Positions 1 through 9,212 of a DNA stretch of 64,000 bases are shown in pieces. Source of the stretch: a bacterium (GTDB lineage Bacteria > Patescibacteriota > Patescibacteriia > Patescibacteriales > UBA12465); contig DAONDZ010000004.1 in the NCBI GenBank assembly GCA_035402825.1, positions 8,456 through 72,455 on the forward strand, read 5' to 3'. The notes below the pieces were generated by a model. It saw nothing but the letters and a program-made list of their open reading frames with translations. It ran no database searches and was not told where the DNA came from. Numbering within the stretch: position 1 is the stretch's first letter; every line of letters starts with the position of its first letter. A program made the position numbers and the translations under genes.

Positions 1-124
1 GCGGCCGCTCGTAGAAATAAGCTGTGCCGATTTTCTCGGTTTGATACCCCAAAAGACCCTGGATTTTAGCCCAATCTTCTGATTGCAAAAAAGAATCTAA
101 TGACTGATTAGTGATATTTCCCAT
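1..124 (-). CDS. Partial CDS (5' end only, continues off left edge); possibly FemAB-type peptidyltransferase
   Basis: ATG at 124-122, reverse translation MGNITNQSLDSFLQSEDWAKIQGLLGYQTEKIGTAYFYERP open to window edge; FLQSxxWAxxQ-type N-terminus resembles FemAB family (weak, motif only). Confidence 0.35.
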   Translation of the reverse strand, partial: MGNITNQSLDSFLQSEDWAKIQGLLGYQTEKIGTAYFYERP

Positions 125-155
125 ATGATTAGCATAACATAAAAATAAGGGAAAA

Positions 156-188
156 ACAAAAAATCCCCGGCAATAATGCTGGGGATTT
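156..188 (-). terminator. Rho-independent terminator after pilin gene
   Basis: Inverted repeat aaatcccc(161-168)/ggggattt(181-188); on minus strand followed by T-run. Confidence 0.6.
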
Positions 189-202
189 CGTCAAACTGTA
201 GT

Positions 203-607
203 TTAGTATAGAGAAACCGGGCTGGCGGTATGAAGGCCGGCAGTAATTGATCCGACATTGCCTTCTAAGAAATATTGCAAGGTGTAGGAGGCGTTAGAAG
301 AGGTAGCTTGATAGGTATATTCCGAGATGGCGGTCGGCGGAGTCGGAGGAGTCGGTACCATATTCATATAAATGCTAGAACCGCTAGCAATGCTGCCACC
401 CGGGGTAACGGTGGTGGTGTATTGTTGGCTGTCGTTGAAATATAATTCCAAAGCAGTCATGATCTGCTTGACGTCAGCGACACGTTTTGCATCGCGAGCC
501 TTAGCTCTGGCATTGTTCAAAGACAAAACCGATAAGGTGGCTAGTAAGCCGATAATGGCAATAACCACTAATAATTCCACGAGGGTGAAAGCTTTTTTCT
601 TGTTCAT
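203..607 (-). CDS. Type IV pilin / pseudopilin (prepilin-type N-terminus)
   Basis: MNKKKAFTLVELLVVIAIIGLLA = basic leader + FTLxE + hydrophobic helix; last gene of pil operon. Confidence 0.85.
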   Translation of the reverse strand: MNKKKAFTLVELLVVIAIIGLLATLSVLSLNNARAKARDAKRVADVKQIMTALELYFNDSQQYTTTVTPGGSIASGSSIYMNMVPTPPTPPTAISEYTYQATSSNASYTLQYFLEGNVGSITAGLHTASPVSLY

Positions 608-666
608 ATTATTTAGTAAAATATGTTATACACAGTTAATAATTATCTATTTAAATTATAGCACTT

Positions 667-1875
667 TTAGAAACTAGTGGCAATATTATACATCGGCAAA
701 ATGACAGCCGCCACCATAATAGCCACACCAATACCTAAAATGATCATCACTACCGGCTCCAACACCGCTCCCAGGTTATTAAGCTTCTCGGCCAATTCTC
801 GGCTATAGAATTGGCTAATTTTCTCCAAAACCGAGTCTAAATGGCCAGTTCTCTCACCAATAGACATCATTTGCGGAATCATGCGCGGCACATAGGAACT
901 GGTCAGAAAGACAGCTGAAACTGAATCACCTTCCGAAACGGCCTTCATGGTCTTTTGAATTAATTTTTGATACAAGCGGTTACGCACCACTTCGCCACTC
1001 ACTTCTAAGCTGCGGATAATGGTCACACCGCCTTTCAACAAGGTACCAAATGACCGACAGAACCGAATGAGATAAATCAGCTTATACATCTTCCCCACTA
1101 TCGGCAAGCGAAGTTTCAGACTATCAATTCGCAAACGGCCGGCATCGGTTTTCATTAAAGCCCGGAAAGAAAATATTGCTAAGATAATCAACAGGATAAT
1201 TAACCAAATATAATTTTGAAAGAAATTAACCGCGCCGATAACCACCTGAGTGGCCCAAGGCAAAGTAGCCCCAGTCTCCTCTAAAATAGCCGTTAAATTC
1301 GGCAATACAAAATACATCATAATGAATCCGACGCCGCCTAAACCGCATAAGACCACGGCCGGATAAATCATAGCGCTTTTAAATTTGCTGACTAAATCAT
1401 AATCTTTTTCCATTTCATCAGCCAGATAGGACAAAACCTCATCTAATTTTCCGGATGTTTCACCGGCAGCCACGACGTTGACATAAAAATTAGAAAAGAT
1501 TTTTTCTCCTTTGCGGCGCAAAGCTTCGGACAGCAGCGATCCGCCGTTCACTTCAAAAGCAACGTCGGTGATAATGCTTTGGAACCGGGGATTTTCAGTT
1601 TGCTCCACGATAGTCATCAAGGCATCCACTACACCGATATCGGAAGAAACCAACAAAGAAAACTGGCGAGAGAAAACTACCAAATCACGCGACTTCACCC
1701 GTTGATAAATAAAAGCCAAACGGGATTCTAGGCCGCCGGAAACATTAAATAACTTCTCCACGCGAAAACCGCGGTTGGACAAGCGTCGTTCGGCATCGCC
1801 TTGGTTTAGAGCCACTACTTTGCCCCGTACCCGATTGCCATGAATATTGGTTCCTTGGTATTTAAAAATTGCCAT
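667..1875 (-). CDS. pilC: Type IV pilus platform protein PilC (GspF family)
   Basis: 402 aa, duplicated T2SS-F architecture with 3 TM regions, directly downstream of pilB (3-nt gap). Confidence 0.85.
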   Translation of the reverse strand: MAIFKYQGTNIHGNRVRGKVVALNQGDAERRLSNRGFRVEKLFNVSGGLESRLAFIYQRVKSRDLVVFSRQFSLLVSSDIGVVDALMTIVEQTENPRFQSIITDVAFEVNGGSLLSEALRRKGEKIFSNFYVNVVAAGETSGKLDEVLSYLADEMEKDYDLVSKFKSAMIYPAVVLCGLGGVGFIMMYFVLPNLTAILEETGATLPWATQVVIGAVNFFQNYIWLIILLIILAIFSFRALMKTDAGRLRIDSLKLRLPIVGKMYKLIYLIRFCRSFGTLLKGGVTIIRSLEVSGEVVRNRLYQKLIQKTMKAVSEGDSVSAVFLTSSYVPRMIPQMMSIGERTGHLDSVLEKISQFYSRELAEKLNNLGAVLEPVVMIILGIGVAIMVAAVILPMYNIATSF

Positions 1876-1878
1876 AAA

Positions 1879-3654
1879 TTATAAATTTTCAATTTCCACC
1901 ACCCGCAACACTTCATTCAAATCTGTTATCCCCTGAAGGACCTTAAAGAGCCCGGCTTGTTTGATGGAAATGAAGGCCTGGCTAGCTTTAATCTGCTCGA
2001 TATTCAAATTCTCCCGATGATTGATAATCAAGTCCTGAATTTTTTCGTTAATCGAAATCACTTCCGAAATTGCAGTCCGATCTTGATACCCTGTCCGAGC
2101 GCAATGATCGCAGCCCACCGGTTCATATATTTTCCAAGTCTTGATATCTTCCAAGGTATTCAGCCCCGGAATTTCCTTTTGCAAAGTCTCCAAAGGCAAT
2201 TCCCGCAAAGTGGTCATAATTTCCTCGGCTATCTTGTCAGCAAAAGTAGCTTCTTTGCGGCAGTCCAAGCATAACCGGCGCACTAGTCGCTGGGCAATAA
2301 CCGTTCGGAGAGTGGAAGCCAGCAAAAATGGCTCCATTTTCATATCCAAAAGACGGAAAATAGCGCCCAAAGCGTCATTAGTATGCAAAGTAGACAGCAC
2401 TAAGTGACCAGTCAAACCGGCATGAACAGCCAATTCAGCAGTCTCCTCATCTCTGACCTCGCCGACCATAATGATATTAGGGTCTTGGCGCAAGAAAGAG
2501 CGCAAGCCGGTAGCGAAAGTAAAGCCTAACTCCGGCCGAATTTGAGATTGGTTGACGCCCTTAATCTGATATTCAATCGGATCTTCCAAAGTAGAAATAT
2601 TAACGCTCTCTTTATTCAAAATATTAATTAGAGAATATAAAGTGGTCGTTTTGCCGGATCCAGTCGGACCAGTTAAGAGCAGAATACCGCTGGTCTTTTT
2701 CAAAGCTTCTTTAATTAAGTCATAGCAATGAACATCAAAGCCTAAATCTTCCAAGGCGGTCACACCTTTAGTCTGATCCAAGATTCTCATCTCCACTTTT
2801 TCCGAGCCAGTCAAAGGCAGAGTGGAAACGCGGAAGTCTATCTGTCTTTTATCCACCACCAAACTCAAACGTCCGTCTTGCGGAATTCTAGTTTCATCTA
2901 GTTTCAATTTAGCCATCACTTTGATACGAGCCACCACCGAAGAATGGATGGATTTGGGCAAGACCAAAGAATTATGCAACATACCATCAATACGATAGCG
3001 TACCCGGCTTTCATTGGCGAAAGGCTCAACGTGAATATCGGAAGCTCTGGCCTCCACAGCGTGTTTAATAATCACGGAAACGATCTTAGCTACCGGAGCG
3101 TTATTAACATCCTCCTCTTTTAATAGTTCCTCTTCCCCACTCTCTTTTTTAGTCGCTTCTAAGCCTTCTTCTTGGCGGGATTTAGCTTTGACATCCAAAG
3201 CCGTGGAGATTTCTTCCTCCATTCTTTCGTAGCGCTTAAAAATTTCACGGAAACTATGTTCGGAAATTAAATAATATTCAATTTGAAGATTTTGTCCTTG
3301 GGCTAAGAAATTAACCGCTTCCATGGCTTTCAAATCAAAATCGGTTAAACCGATGCGAGCGGTTTTGTAGTCCTTATAGAAACAAACTATTTCATAATTT
3401 TGCGAAATATCCTTAGACAAAAAATAGACAGCGGCATCCTTGATGTCCATGTCAATTAAGTTCTTGTAGGGCAAATGGTATAATTCGGCTTTGACCTCAG
3501 CCATTTTTTCGTCATCAATCAGTTTATTCTTAAGCAAATAAGGCTCAAAACCTTTCAGGTCCGGGCCTAATTCCTTAGTGGCGGCGTCCATTTGCAGCGC
3601 CGTCAAAATATTTTGCTTGAGCAAAACTGCTGATAATTCGCTAGGTTGATACAT
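1879..3654 (-). CDS. pilB: Type IV pilus assembly ATPase PilB (GspE family)
   Basis: 591 aa; Walker A GPTGSGKTT, Asp/His boxes, C-terminal tetracysteine CDHC..., N-terminal GspE-N-like domain. Confidence 0.9.
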   Translation of the reverse strand: MYQPSELSAVLLKQNILTALQMDAATKELGPDLKGFEPYLLKNKLIDDEKMAEVKAELYHLPYKNLIDMDIKDAAVYFLSKDISQNYEIVCFYKDYKTARIGLTDFDLKAMEAVNFLAQGQNLQIEYYLISEHSFREIFKRYERMEEEISTALDVKAKSRQEEGLEATKKESGEEELLKEEDVNNAPVAKIVSVIIKHAVEARASDIHVEPFANESRVRYRIDGMLHNSLVLPKSIHSSVVARIKVMAKLKLDETRIPQDGRLSLVVDKRQIDFRVSTLPLTGSEKVEMRILDQTKGVTALEDLGFDVHCYDLIKEALKKTSGILLLTGPTGSGKTTTLYSLINILNKESVNISTLEDPIEYQIKGVNQSQIRPELGFTFATGLRSFLRQDPNIIMVGEVRDEETAELAVHAGLTGHLVLSTLHTNDALGAIFRLLDMKMEPFLLASTLRTVIAQRLVRRLCLDCRKEATFADKIAEEIMTTLRELPLETLQKEIPGLNTLEDIKTWKIYEPVGCDHCARTGYQDRTAISEVISINEKIQDLIINHRENLNIEQIKASQAFISIKQAGLFKVLQGITDLNEVLRVVEIENL

Positions 3655-3656
3655 AG

Positions 3657-4007
3657 TTAAAAAGCTTTAAAGGGATCACTGTTTCCCACCGGAAAGTTAG
3701 CAGTGGAAGTAGAAGTAGTACCGGTGCCAGGCATGACAATGCCGGTTAAATCGACTTTAACGGCTTGCAAAGCCTTAAATTTTTCACTGTCAATAACTCC
3801 CATATCCAAAGAACTGCTGGCGGTTTTGCCATCAACTTTAATCCCCAAGGTCTGGGCGTCCAAATCGGTCTGTTCATTAACATCGCCGACATTATTAATC
3901 TGGTTTAAATAAGCAAAAACCTGAAATCTAAAAACCACCAGAACTACCGCTAGCGCCAGGACAAGAAGGATAAAAATATAGCCGATAATATTTAAAACTT
4001 TATGCAT
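3657..4007 (-). CDS. Small bitopic membrane protein of pil operon (PilP-position)
   Basis: ORF 3657-4085 trimmed to internal MHKVLNIIGYIFILLVLALAVV start (4007) to abut upstream stop at 4009; single N-terminal TM helix. Confidence 0.5.
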   Translation of the reverse strand: MHKVLNIIGYIFILLVLALAVVLVVFRFQVFAYLNQINNVGDVNEQTDLDAQTLGIKVDGKTASSSLDMGVIDSEKFKALQAVKVDLTGIVMPGTGTTSTSTANFPVGNSDPFKAF

Positions 4008-4008
4008 A

Positions 4009-4713
4009 TTATTTTTTGAAATAGTAAGTAGACAAATGAAGAGCGGCAGTCTTCTCGGCCGGATTAAAGGATAAATCCTGAACATCGGTCAAGCGCAAAT
4101 TATGCTCAATCAATCCTAATAATTTCTTGAGGTGCGGATAATCAATATTAGCCACTGAAACCGAAACTCGCATCATGCCAATACCCACCGGCAAAGAACC
4201 GGTATCAGAAGTCTTGGCCGGGCTGGCCTTGCGGCCGTTAGTGGAAGTAGCGACTTCGGTCCCCTCGCCTTCGCGGGTAACGTCCAAAGTTTTGACCTCA
4301 TAGCCATTATGAGAAAAAAGATAAATGACTTCAGCGAATAAATCTTCTTTGATATATTCCGGCGGCACTAAACCGGCATGCTTTTCTAAAATCTTCGGAT
4401 CTAGCTGACTATAAGCCTCGGCTAATTTTTCATAGTTAGTCAGCTCTTGATATTTCGGCTCTAACTGCTTGGCGGCAAAAGCATTCGTATTGATTTTCTC
4501 CAATATTTTCTGATACTTAGGGCGAAGAATAAAATTATAGGATAAAGCTAAAACAATAATCACAGCGATCACCGTCAAAATGCCAAAATATTCATTCAAC
4601 ACCCGATTAAAGGTATTCAATAAATGACGGCGGCTGGAAGACATTTCCGGTTTGGTGTTTAAACCGCCGACTAGATTAGTTTTGCCTGTATTGTTTAAAG
4701 GGGTATTCAACAT
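4009..4713 (-). CDS. PilO-like pilus alignment protein (bitopic)
   Basis: One TM helix (GILTVIAVIIVLALSYNFIL) then coiled-coil-like segment; position between PilN-like and pilB. Confidence 0.5.
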   Translation of the reverse strand: MLNTPLNNTGKTNLVGGLNTKPEMSSSRRHLLNTFNRVLNEYFGILTVIAVIIVLALSYNFILRPKYQKILEKINTNAFAAKQLEPKYQELTNYEKLAEAYSQLDPKILEKHAGLVPPEYIKEDLFAEVIYLFSHNGYEVKTLDVTREGEGTEVATSTNGRKASPAKTSDTGSLPVGIGMMRVSVSVANIDYPHLKKLLGLIEHNLRLTDVQDLSFNPAEKTAALHLSTYYFKK

Positions 4714-4715
4714 AT

Positions 4716-5396
4716 TTATTTAGTAAACAAAGACGGCTTAACCGTCAGGTTAAAATCAAACAGCACGCCCAGAGAGCGAGTTCCTTGATCATCAATCACC
4801 TCGCTATCAGTCTTAGCTTGCGCCGTATATTCATCGGAGCTGAAAGATTTCACTTGAGCTCCCAAGGCTCGATAATCGGTAGTACCGGACTTCAAGGTAT
4901 AATTGCCGGATAAAGAACCGGTGAAGCCGGAATAGAAAACATTAGACAAAGTATTTTTTTCCAAATAAGAAAAGAAATTATTCCAATAGACATGGCCATA
5001 GAACAAAGGAGCCACGGTATTATTCTTAGCAATAAACTGCAAAGCCGGGGTCGCTTTGACCTTAGCTTGTTCTATCTTAGTATTGAGAGTGCTAACTTCC
5101 CGTCCTAAAATATCGGTTTTCTTCCTAATTTCCTGTCTTTCCCAGAAATAAAGCAATAAATAGAGTTGAACCACTAAAAATAAAGCTAAAAAAACAAACC
5201 ACATCAACTTGCGCCAATGAGAGCGCCAATCAAAAGATACCGGCACTTCGTCCTTGATTAAATCCATATCCAAAAGAGCCAAGCCGCCAGTAGCGGCCTT
5301 TAGTTTAGCTCCCTTCTTTCCGGAATTAGAAGAACGGTTCGAGCCGGGCTTGAACCAAGAACTAACATCCATTTTCCACCAACTATTTTTTGCCAT
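4716..5396 (-). CDS. PilN-like pilus alignment protein (bitopic)
   Basis: TM helix LMWFVFLALFLVVQLYLLLYFW followed by coiled coil; 2 nt after pilM. Confidence 0.5.
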   Translation of the reverse strand: MAKNSWWKMDVSSWFKPGSNRSSNSGKKGAKLKAATGGLALLDMDLIKDEVPVSFDWRSHWRKLMWFVFLALFLVVQLYLLLYFWERQEIRKKTDILGREVSTLNTKIEQAKVKATPALQFIAKNNTVAPLFYGHVYWNNFFSYLEKNTLSNVFYSGFTGSLSGNYTLKSGTTDYRALGAQVKSFSSDEYTAQAKTDSEVIDDQGTRSLGVLFDFNLTVKPSLFTK

Positions 5397-5398
5397 AA

Positions 5399-6433
5399 TT
5401 AATCAGCTTCACGCAATGCTAAACCGACCGCCACTGCCAACTTCGGACCGACATTCGCCAAGACCGGCTGGAGCTCTTGCGGACTGGATATCCTAAACCA
5501 AGGATTGCCCACCACTACCTGCAAATTCAAATTGCTTTCCAGATAACTAGCTAGATTCACCAACATGGAACCGCCGCCGGTTAAAATAATCTTTTCCACT
5601 TTCTGAGCATGACTGCCCTGGAAAAGTTCCAGCATATATTTGATTTCGGTAATGATCGGATCAACTGCTTTGAAAATAACCGCCGGGATCTCATTGGTCT
5701 GGCCGTCTTTGACTGCCGCCAAATCGATCTTCAATCTCTCGGCTTTAGCCGGATCTAAATTCAATTGCCGGCCGATAGCTTCATTAATGGTAGCGCCGGA
5801 AACATTCAAGCTGCGGTTTAAATAAGGGATGCTTTCTTTGACAATACAAACATCAGTGCTGTTGGCTCCCAAATCCACCAACATCACCGTGGAAGGATCA
5901 TTTCCCAACAAAGCTCTAATCAAAGAAAAAGTTTCAGTCTCTAAAGACACCAATTCAATTTGAGCTTTCTGGAAAGCGGAGATATAACGCTTGATTAATT
6001 TCTTCGGGCTGCCGGTTAAAAATACTTTAGTCCCTCCCCCGGCGTCTGCGGACGGAATAACTTTCCAATCCAAAACCATTTCGGAAAGAGGCAACGGAAT
6101 AACCTTCTTAGCTTCTTCGCTAATCTGATCAGCAATATTTTTAGTGTTGACGCTGGCCAAATTAATCACCGCGCTGAAAACAGCAAAAGACGGCAAAGAG
6201 ACGCTGGCGCGATTGCCGACTATGCCCACTTCTTTTTTGACGCGAGAAATAGCCTCAGCCAAATAATCCAAATCGTCCGTAGAGGTCAATTTGGTTTGAC
6301 TTAAATCTTCACTAAATCCGTAGTTGAGCAGATGGATAACTTTACCCCGTTTTTGCAGCTCCACCACCTTAATGGAGGAGTCGCCGATATCAATACCTAA
6401 TAAAGTCTTAGGGCTGGAATTAAATAGTCCCAT
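5399..6433 (-). CDS. pilM: Type IV pilus assembly protein PilM (actin-like ATPase fold)
   Basis: 344 aa; GIDIGDSSIKVVEL phosphate-1 motif, LVDLGANSTD, ILTGGGS; first gene of operon. Confidence 0.85.
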   Translation of the reverse strand: MGLFNSSPKTLLGIDIGDSSIKVVELQKRGKVIHLLNYGFSEDLSQTKLTSTDDLDYLAEAISRVKKEVGIVGNRASVSLPSFAVFSAVINLASVNTKNIADQISEEAKKVIPLPLSEMVLDWKVIPSADAGGGTKVFLTGSPKKLIKRYISAFQKAQIELVSLETETFSLIRALLGNDPSTVMLVDLGANSTDVCIVKESIPYLNRSLNVSGATINEAIGRQLNLDPAKAERLKIDLAAVKDGQTNEIPAVIFKAVDPIITEIKYMLELFQGSHAQKVEKIILTGGGSMLVNLASYLESNLNLQVVVGNPWFRISSPQELQPVLANVGPKLAVAVGLALREAD

Positions 6434-6448
6434 AATTTTATGGCTTGT

Positions 6449-6557
6449 AGCGCTTTGCGTAATTTATATTTATATTATATAATATATACATAAATATCAC
6501 AATATTAAAGCGCTCTAATTGGTCATAACTAACAATCTAATTATACCACGAAGCGCT
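6449..6557. promoter_or_regulatory. Divergent pilM / propeller-gene control region with three AGCGCT palindromes
   Basis: AGCGCT at 6449-6454, 6509-6514, 6552-6557 inside a very AT-rich 135-nt intergenic region. Confidence 0.35.
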
Positions 6558-6568
6558 CCATAAGCCAA

Positions 6569-7828
6569 ATGAATTTCTTCAACCGCTACAAAAAAATAAT
6601 TTACATCGCCTTATTCGTCTTGGCGGTTATTTTAATAGCCACTTTTATCTGGAGAGCCTTCTTTAAAACCAAGATAACTACCATTCCTACCCCCACCGGC
6701 ACCACCACTACCCCCGGCGAATTGCCAACAGCCGGCGAAGGCGGACAACAAGTGAGCTCCACGACCCCCGGAACCATACCGGGAGCCGGCACTATCCCCG
6801 GTATTAGCGGAGCAATACCGACTACCGGCCCGCAAGTAACCGCTACCGCCCAGGGCGGATTGACCAAGGTCACCCCATTAAACGGCGGCCGAGCTCTCAA
6901 TCCCCTCTTATCCAGTGACGGCAAAAACATTCAATACTACAACCAAACGGACGGCAAGTTTTATAAGATTAATGAGAAGGGCGAAATGGTGGCTTTGAGC
7001 GATAAGGTTTTCTATAACGTAAAAACGGTTGATTGGGCTCCCAATGGCAGCAAAGCCGTCTTAGAATATCCGGATGGTTCCAACATCGTCTATGACTTCA
7101 ATTCCCAGAAGCAAGTCACCCTGCCCAAACACTGGGAAGACTTTAGTTTCTCCAAAGACAGCAATCAATTAGTTTCCAAAAGCTTAGGTACCGATCCTGA
7201 TAACCGCTGGCTCATCACTTCCAACAGCGACGGTTCCAATTCCAAGGTCATTGAATACATCGGCGAAAACGATGAGAAGGTAATATCGTCCTGGTCTCCC
7301 AATAACCAAACTATTGCCCTCTATACCGAAGGCATTGATTTCAACCGCCAACAACTTTTCTTCGTCGGCCAAAACGGCGAGAATTTTAAATCCACCATCG
7401 TCGAAGGCCGCGATGTCCGAGCTAAATGGACTCCGACTGGCGATCGTTTGCTCTATAGTGCCTATAACAGCAATTCCGACTTAAAGCCAGAACTATGGAT
7501 AGTCGGCGCCCAAGGAGAGAACATCGGTGCCGCTCGCACTGATTTAAAGATTAATACCTGGGCTGATAAATGCACTTTCGCCACCGCCACTGAAATCTAT
7601 TGCGCTGTTCCGGAAAGCCTGGAAAGAGGCGCTGGTATGCTGCCGGATTTGGCTTTGAAGACTAAGGATAACCTCTATAAGATTGATGTCACCACTGGCG
7701 CTAAAAAATTAATCGCTATCCCTAACGGCAGTTTCAATATTAATAGCTTGGTAGTCACCAAAGATCAAAGCCAGCTTTATTTCACCGATCAAACCAGCAA
7801 CCAAGTCTATGCCGTCAGCCTGCGCTAA
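6569..7828 (+). CDS. Membrane-anchored TolB/PD40-like beta-propeller protein
   Basis: N-terminal TM helix, T/P/G low-complexity linker, repeated WAPNGSK / WSPNNQT / WTPTGDR PD40-type blades. Confidence 0.6.
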   Translation: MNFFNRYKKIIYIALFVLAVILIATFIWRAFFKTKITTIPTPTGTTTTPGELPTAGEGGQQVSSTTPGTIPGAGTIPGISGAIPTTGPQVTATAQGGLTKVTPLNGGRALNPLLSSDGKNIQYYNQTDGKFYKINEKGEMVALSDKVFYNVKTVDWAPNGSKAVLEYPDGSNIVYDFNSQKQVTLPKHWEDFSFSKDSNQLVSKSLGTDPDNRWLITSNSDGSNSKVIEYIGENDEKVISSWSPNNQTIALYTEGIDFNRQQLFFVGQNGENFKSTIVEGRDVRAKWTPTGDRLLYSAYNSNSDLKPELWIVGAQGENIGAARTDLKINTWADKCTFATATEIYCAVPESLERGAGMLPDLALKTKDNLYKIDVTTGAKKLIAIPNGSFNINSLVVTKDQSQLYFTDQTSNQVYAVSLR

Positions 7829-7874
7829 ATAAATATTCAACCAAAAATATAAAAACCGGGTGTTACCCGGTTTT

Positions 7875-8579
7875 TTATTGCAACAGCAGATAAGCGAGCA
7901 TGGTTCGCAGCGGATCCCGATCGCGGCGATAGGAAAAATATTTTGCCGTGGAGCAATGAGTACACTCGGAACTGATAGCCAGATTTTCTTCTTTAATTCC
8001 CTGAGCCAAAAGCTGCCTTTGTAATGCCTTAGCAAAATCCAAATACTTCTTCTCCCCTATCCTGGAAATACACTCTGGATAATTGAAAAACTTCTCCACT
8101 AAATCATCTTGTATCCCAAAATGACATTGGCCTAAATGAGGGCCGATAAACACCTGAATATCGGCTGGCGAACAATTAAAATCCTGGGCCATTTTCTTGA
8201 TTACTAAGGGGGCAATCTCAGCTAAGACCCCTTTCCAGCCGGCATGAGCCAGGGCAATCACTTGCCGTTTAGGATCAAAGAAATAAAGCGGCAGGCAATC
8301 AGCCACTGAAATAGATAATATTACTCCCGGTGTAGCGGTAATTAATCCATCGCAATCATAAACCGTATCTCCCCGCTCCTCTGTTCCCACAATAGCCAAA
8401 TTAGTACCATGGCTCAAAAACACTGAAACTAAATCTGCGGCTGACAAACCGCGGCGGGAGAGAAAATTTTTCCGGTTTAAAAAAGCGACTCGGTTATCAC
8501 CCTCCGGAGTTATCTTCATATCTCCGTCCGAAATCTCTGAGAGACCCAGTATTGGATTGTGCCCAGAAAAACTAATCAT
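7875..8579 (-). CDS. pgeF: YfiH/PgeF-family (DUF152) purine nucleoside/peptidoglycan-editing enzyme
   Basis: 234 aa; VADCLPL, ALAHAGWKG, CTHC motifs typical of the family. Confidence 0.75.
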   Translation of the reverse strand: MISFSGHNPILGLSEISDGDMKITPEGDNRVAFLNRKNFLSRRGLSAADLVSVFLSHGTNLAIVGTEERGDTVYDCDGLITATPGVILSISVADCLPLYFFDPKRQVIALAHAGWKGVLAEIAPLVIKKMAQDFNCSPADIQVFIGPHLGQCHFGIQDDLVEKFFNYPECISRIGEKKYLDFAKALQRQLLAQGIKEENLAISSECTHCSTAKYFSYRRDRDPLRTMLAYLLLQ

Positions 8580-8584
8580 ACCAA

Positions 8585-9181
8585 TTAATTATACAACCTG
8601 GCTCGCTTTTTAAATCTATGGACATAGAACAAAATAGTCAGTAAAGAAATGGTGGCCGCAATAATCATCGTCCAGATTAGTGTTAAGAAACCGAAAGCCG
8701 AAGCTACTAACCCACCCAGGATAGCAGCCAGACCGCTCATCAAATCGTTGCCGCCTTCAAATATTGCCCATTGTGATTCCCCCTTCTTCTTGTCGGTACA
8801 GCGCGATAGTTCTTCATCAAATATCGGGTCAGCCACTGCATTGCCAATAGCGGTGAGAATTTGAGTCAAGAATAACATACCGACACTGGAGACCACCAAA
8901 TAAAGAGATAAGCCAAGCAACCAAATCATCCAGCCGCCGATCATTATCAACATCCGAAAACGAGGATTCCAATTCAGCTTATGAAAAAACACCGTGAATA
9001 ACCCTTGGGTGATTAAAAATATACCCATGGCCAATCCAGCGTCCAAAATATCGCCGCCAATCTTCTGAACAAAGATAGCATAGATAGGAACGATGATGCC
9101 TTCGGAAAAAGTCGAGATGGCATAGGCAGAAATTAGCAAACGATAAGCGATGTTAGTTTTAGGCTTCATGATTGATAGCAT
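8585..9181 (-). CDS. Six-TM membrane protein, MFS-half-like
   Basis: 198 aa, about 6 hydrophobic helices; half the length of a canonical MFS transporter. Confidence 0.4.
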   Translation of the reverse strand: MLSIMKPKTNIAYRLLISAYAISTFSEGIIVPIYAIFVQKIGGDILDAGLAMGIFLITQGLFTVFFHKLNWNPRFRMLIMIGGWMIWLLGLSLYLVVSSVGMLFLTQILTAIGNAVADPIFDEELSRCTDKKKGESQWAIFEGGNDLMSGLAAILGGLVASAFGFLTLIWTMIIAATISLLTILFYVHRFKKRARLYN

Positions 9182-9212
9182 ATAATTAAACTAAATAATT
9201 ATTGGATTAAAA

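Noticed and set aside
1-8. GCGGCCGC (NotI site) at the very first bases, considered as a possible cloning linker or contig artefact.
   Set aside because: It lies in frame within an open partial CDS (…YERP) and is a single occurrence. There is no evidence for vector sequence.
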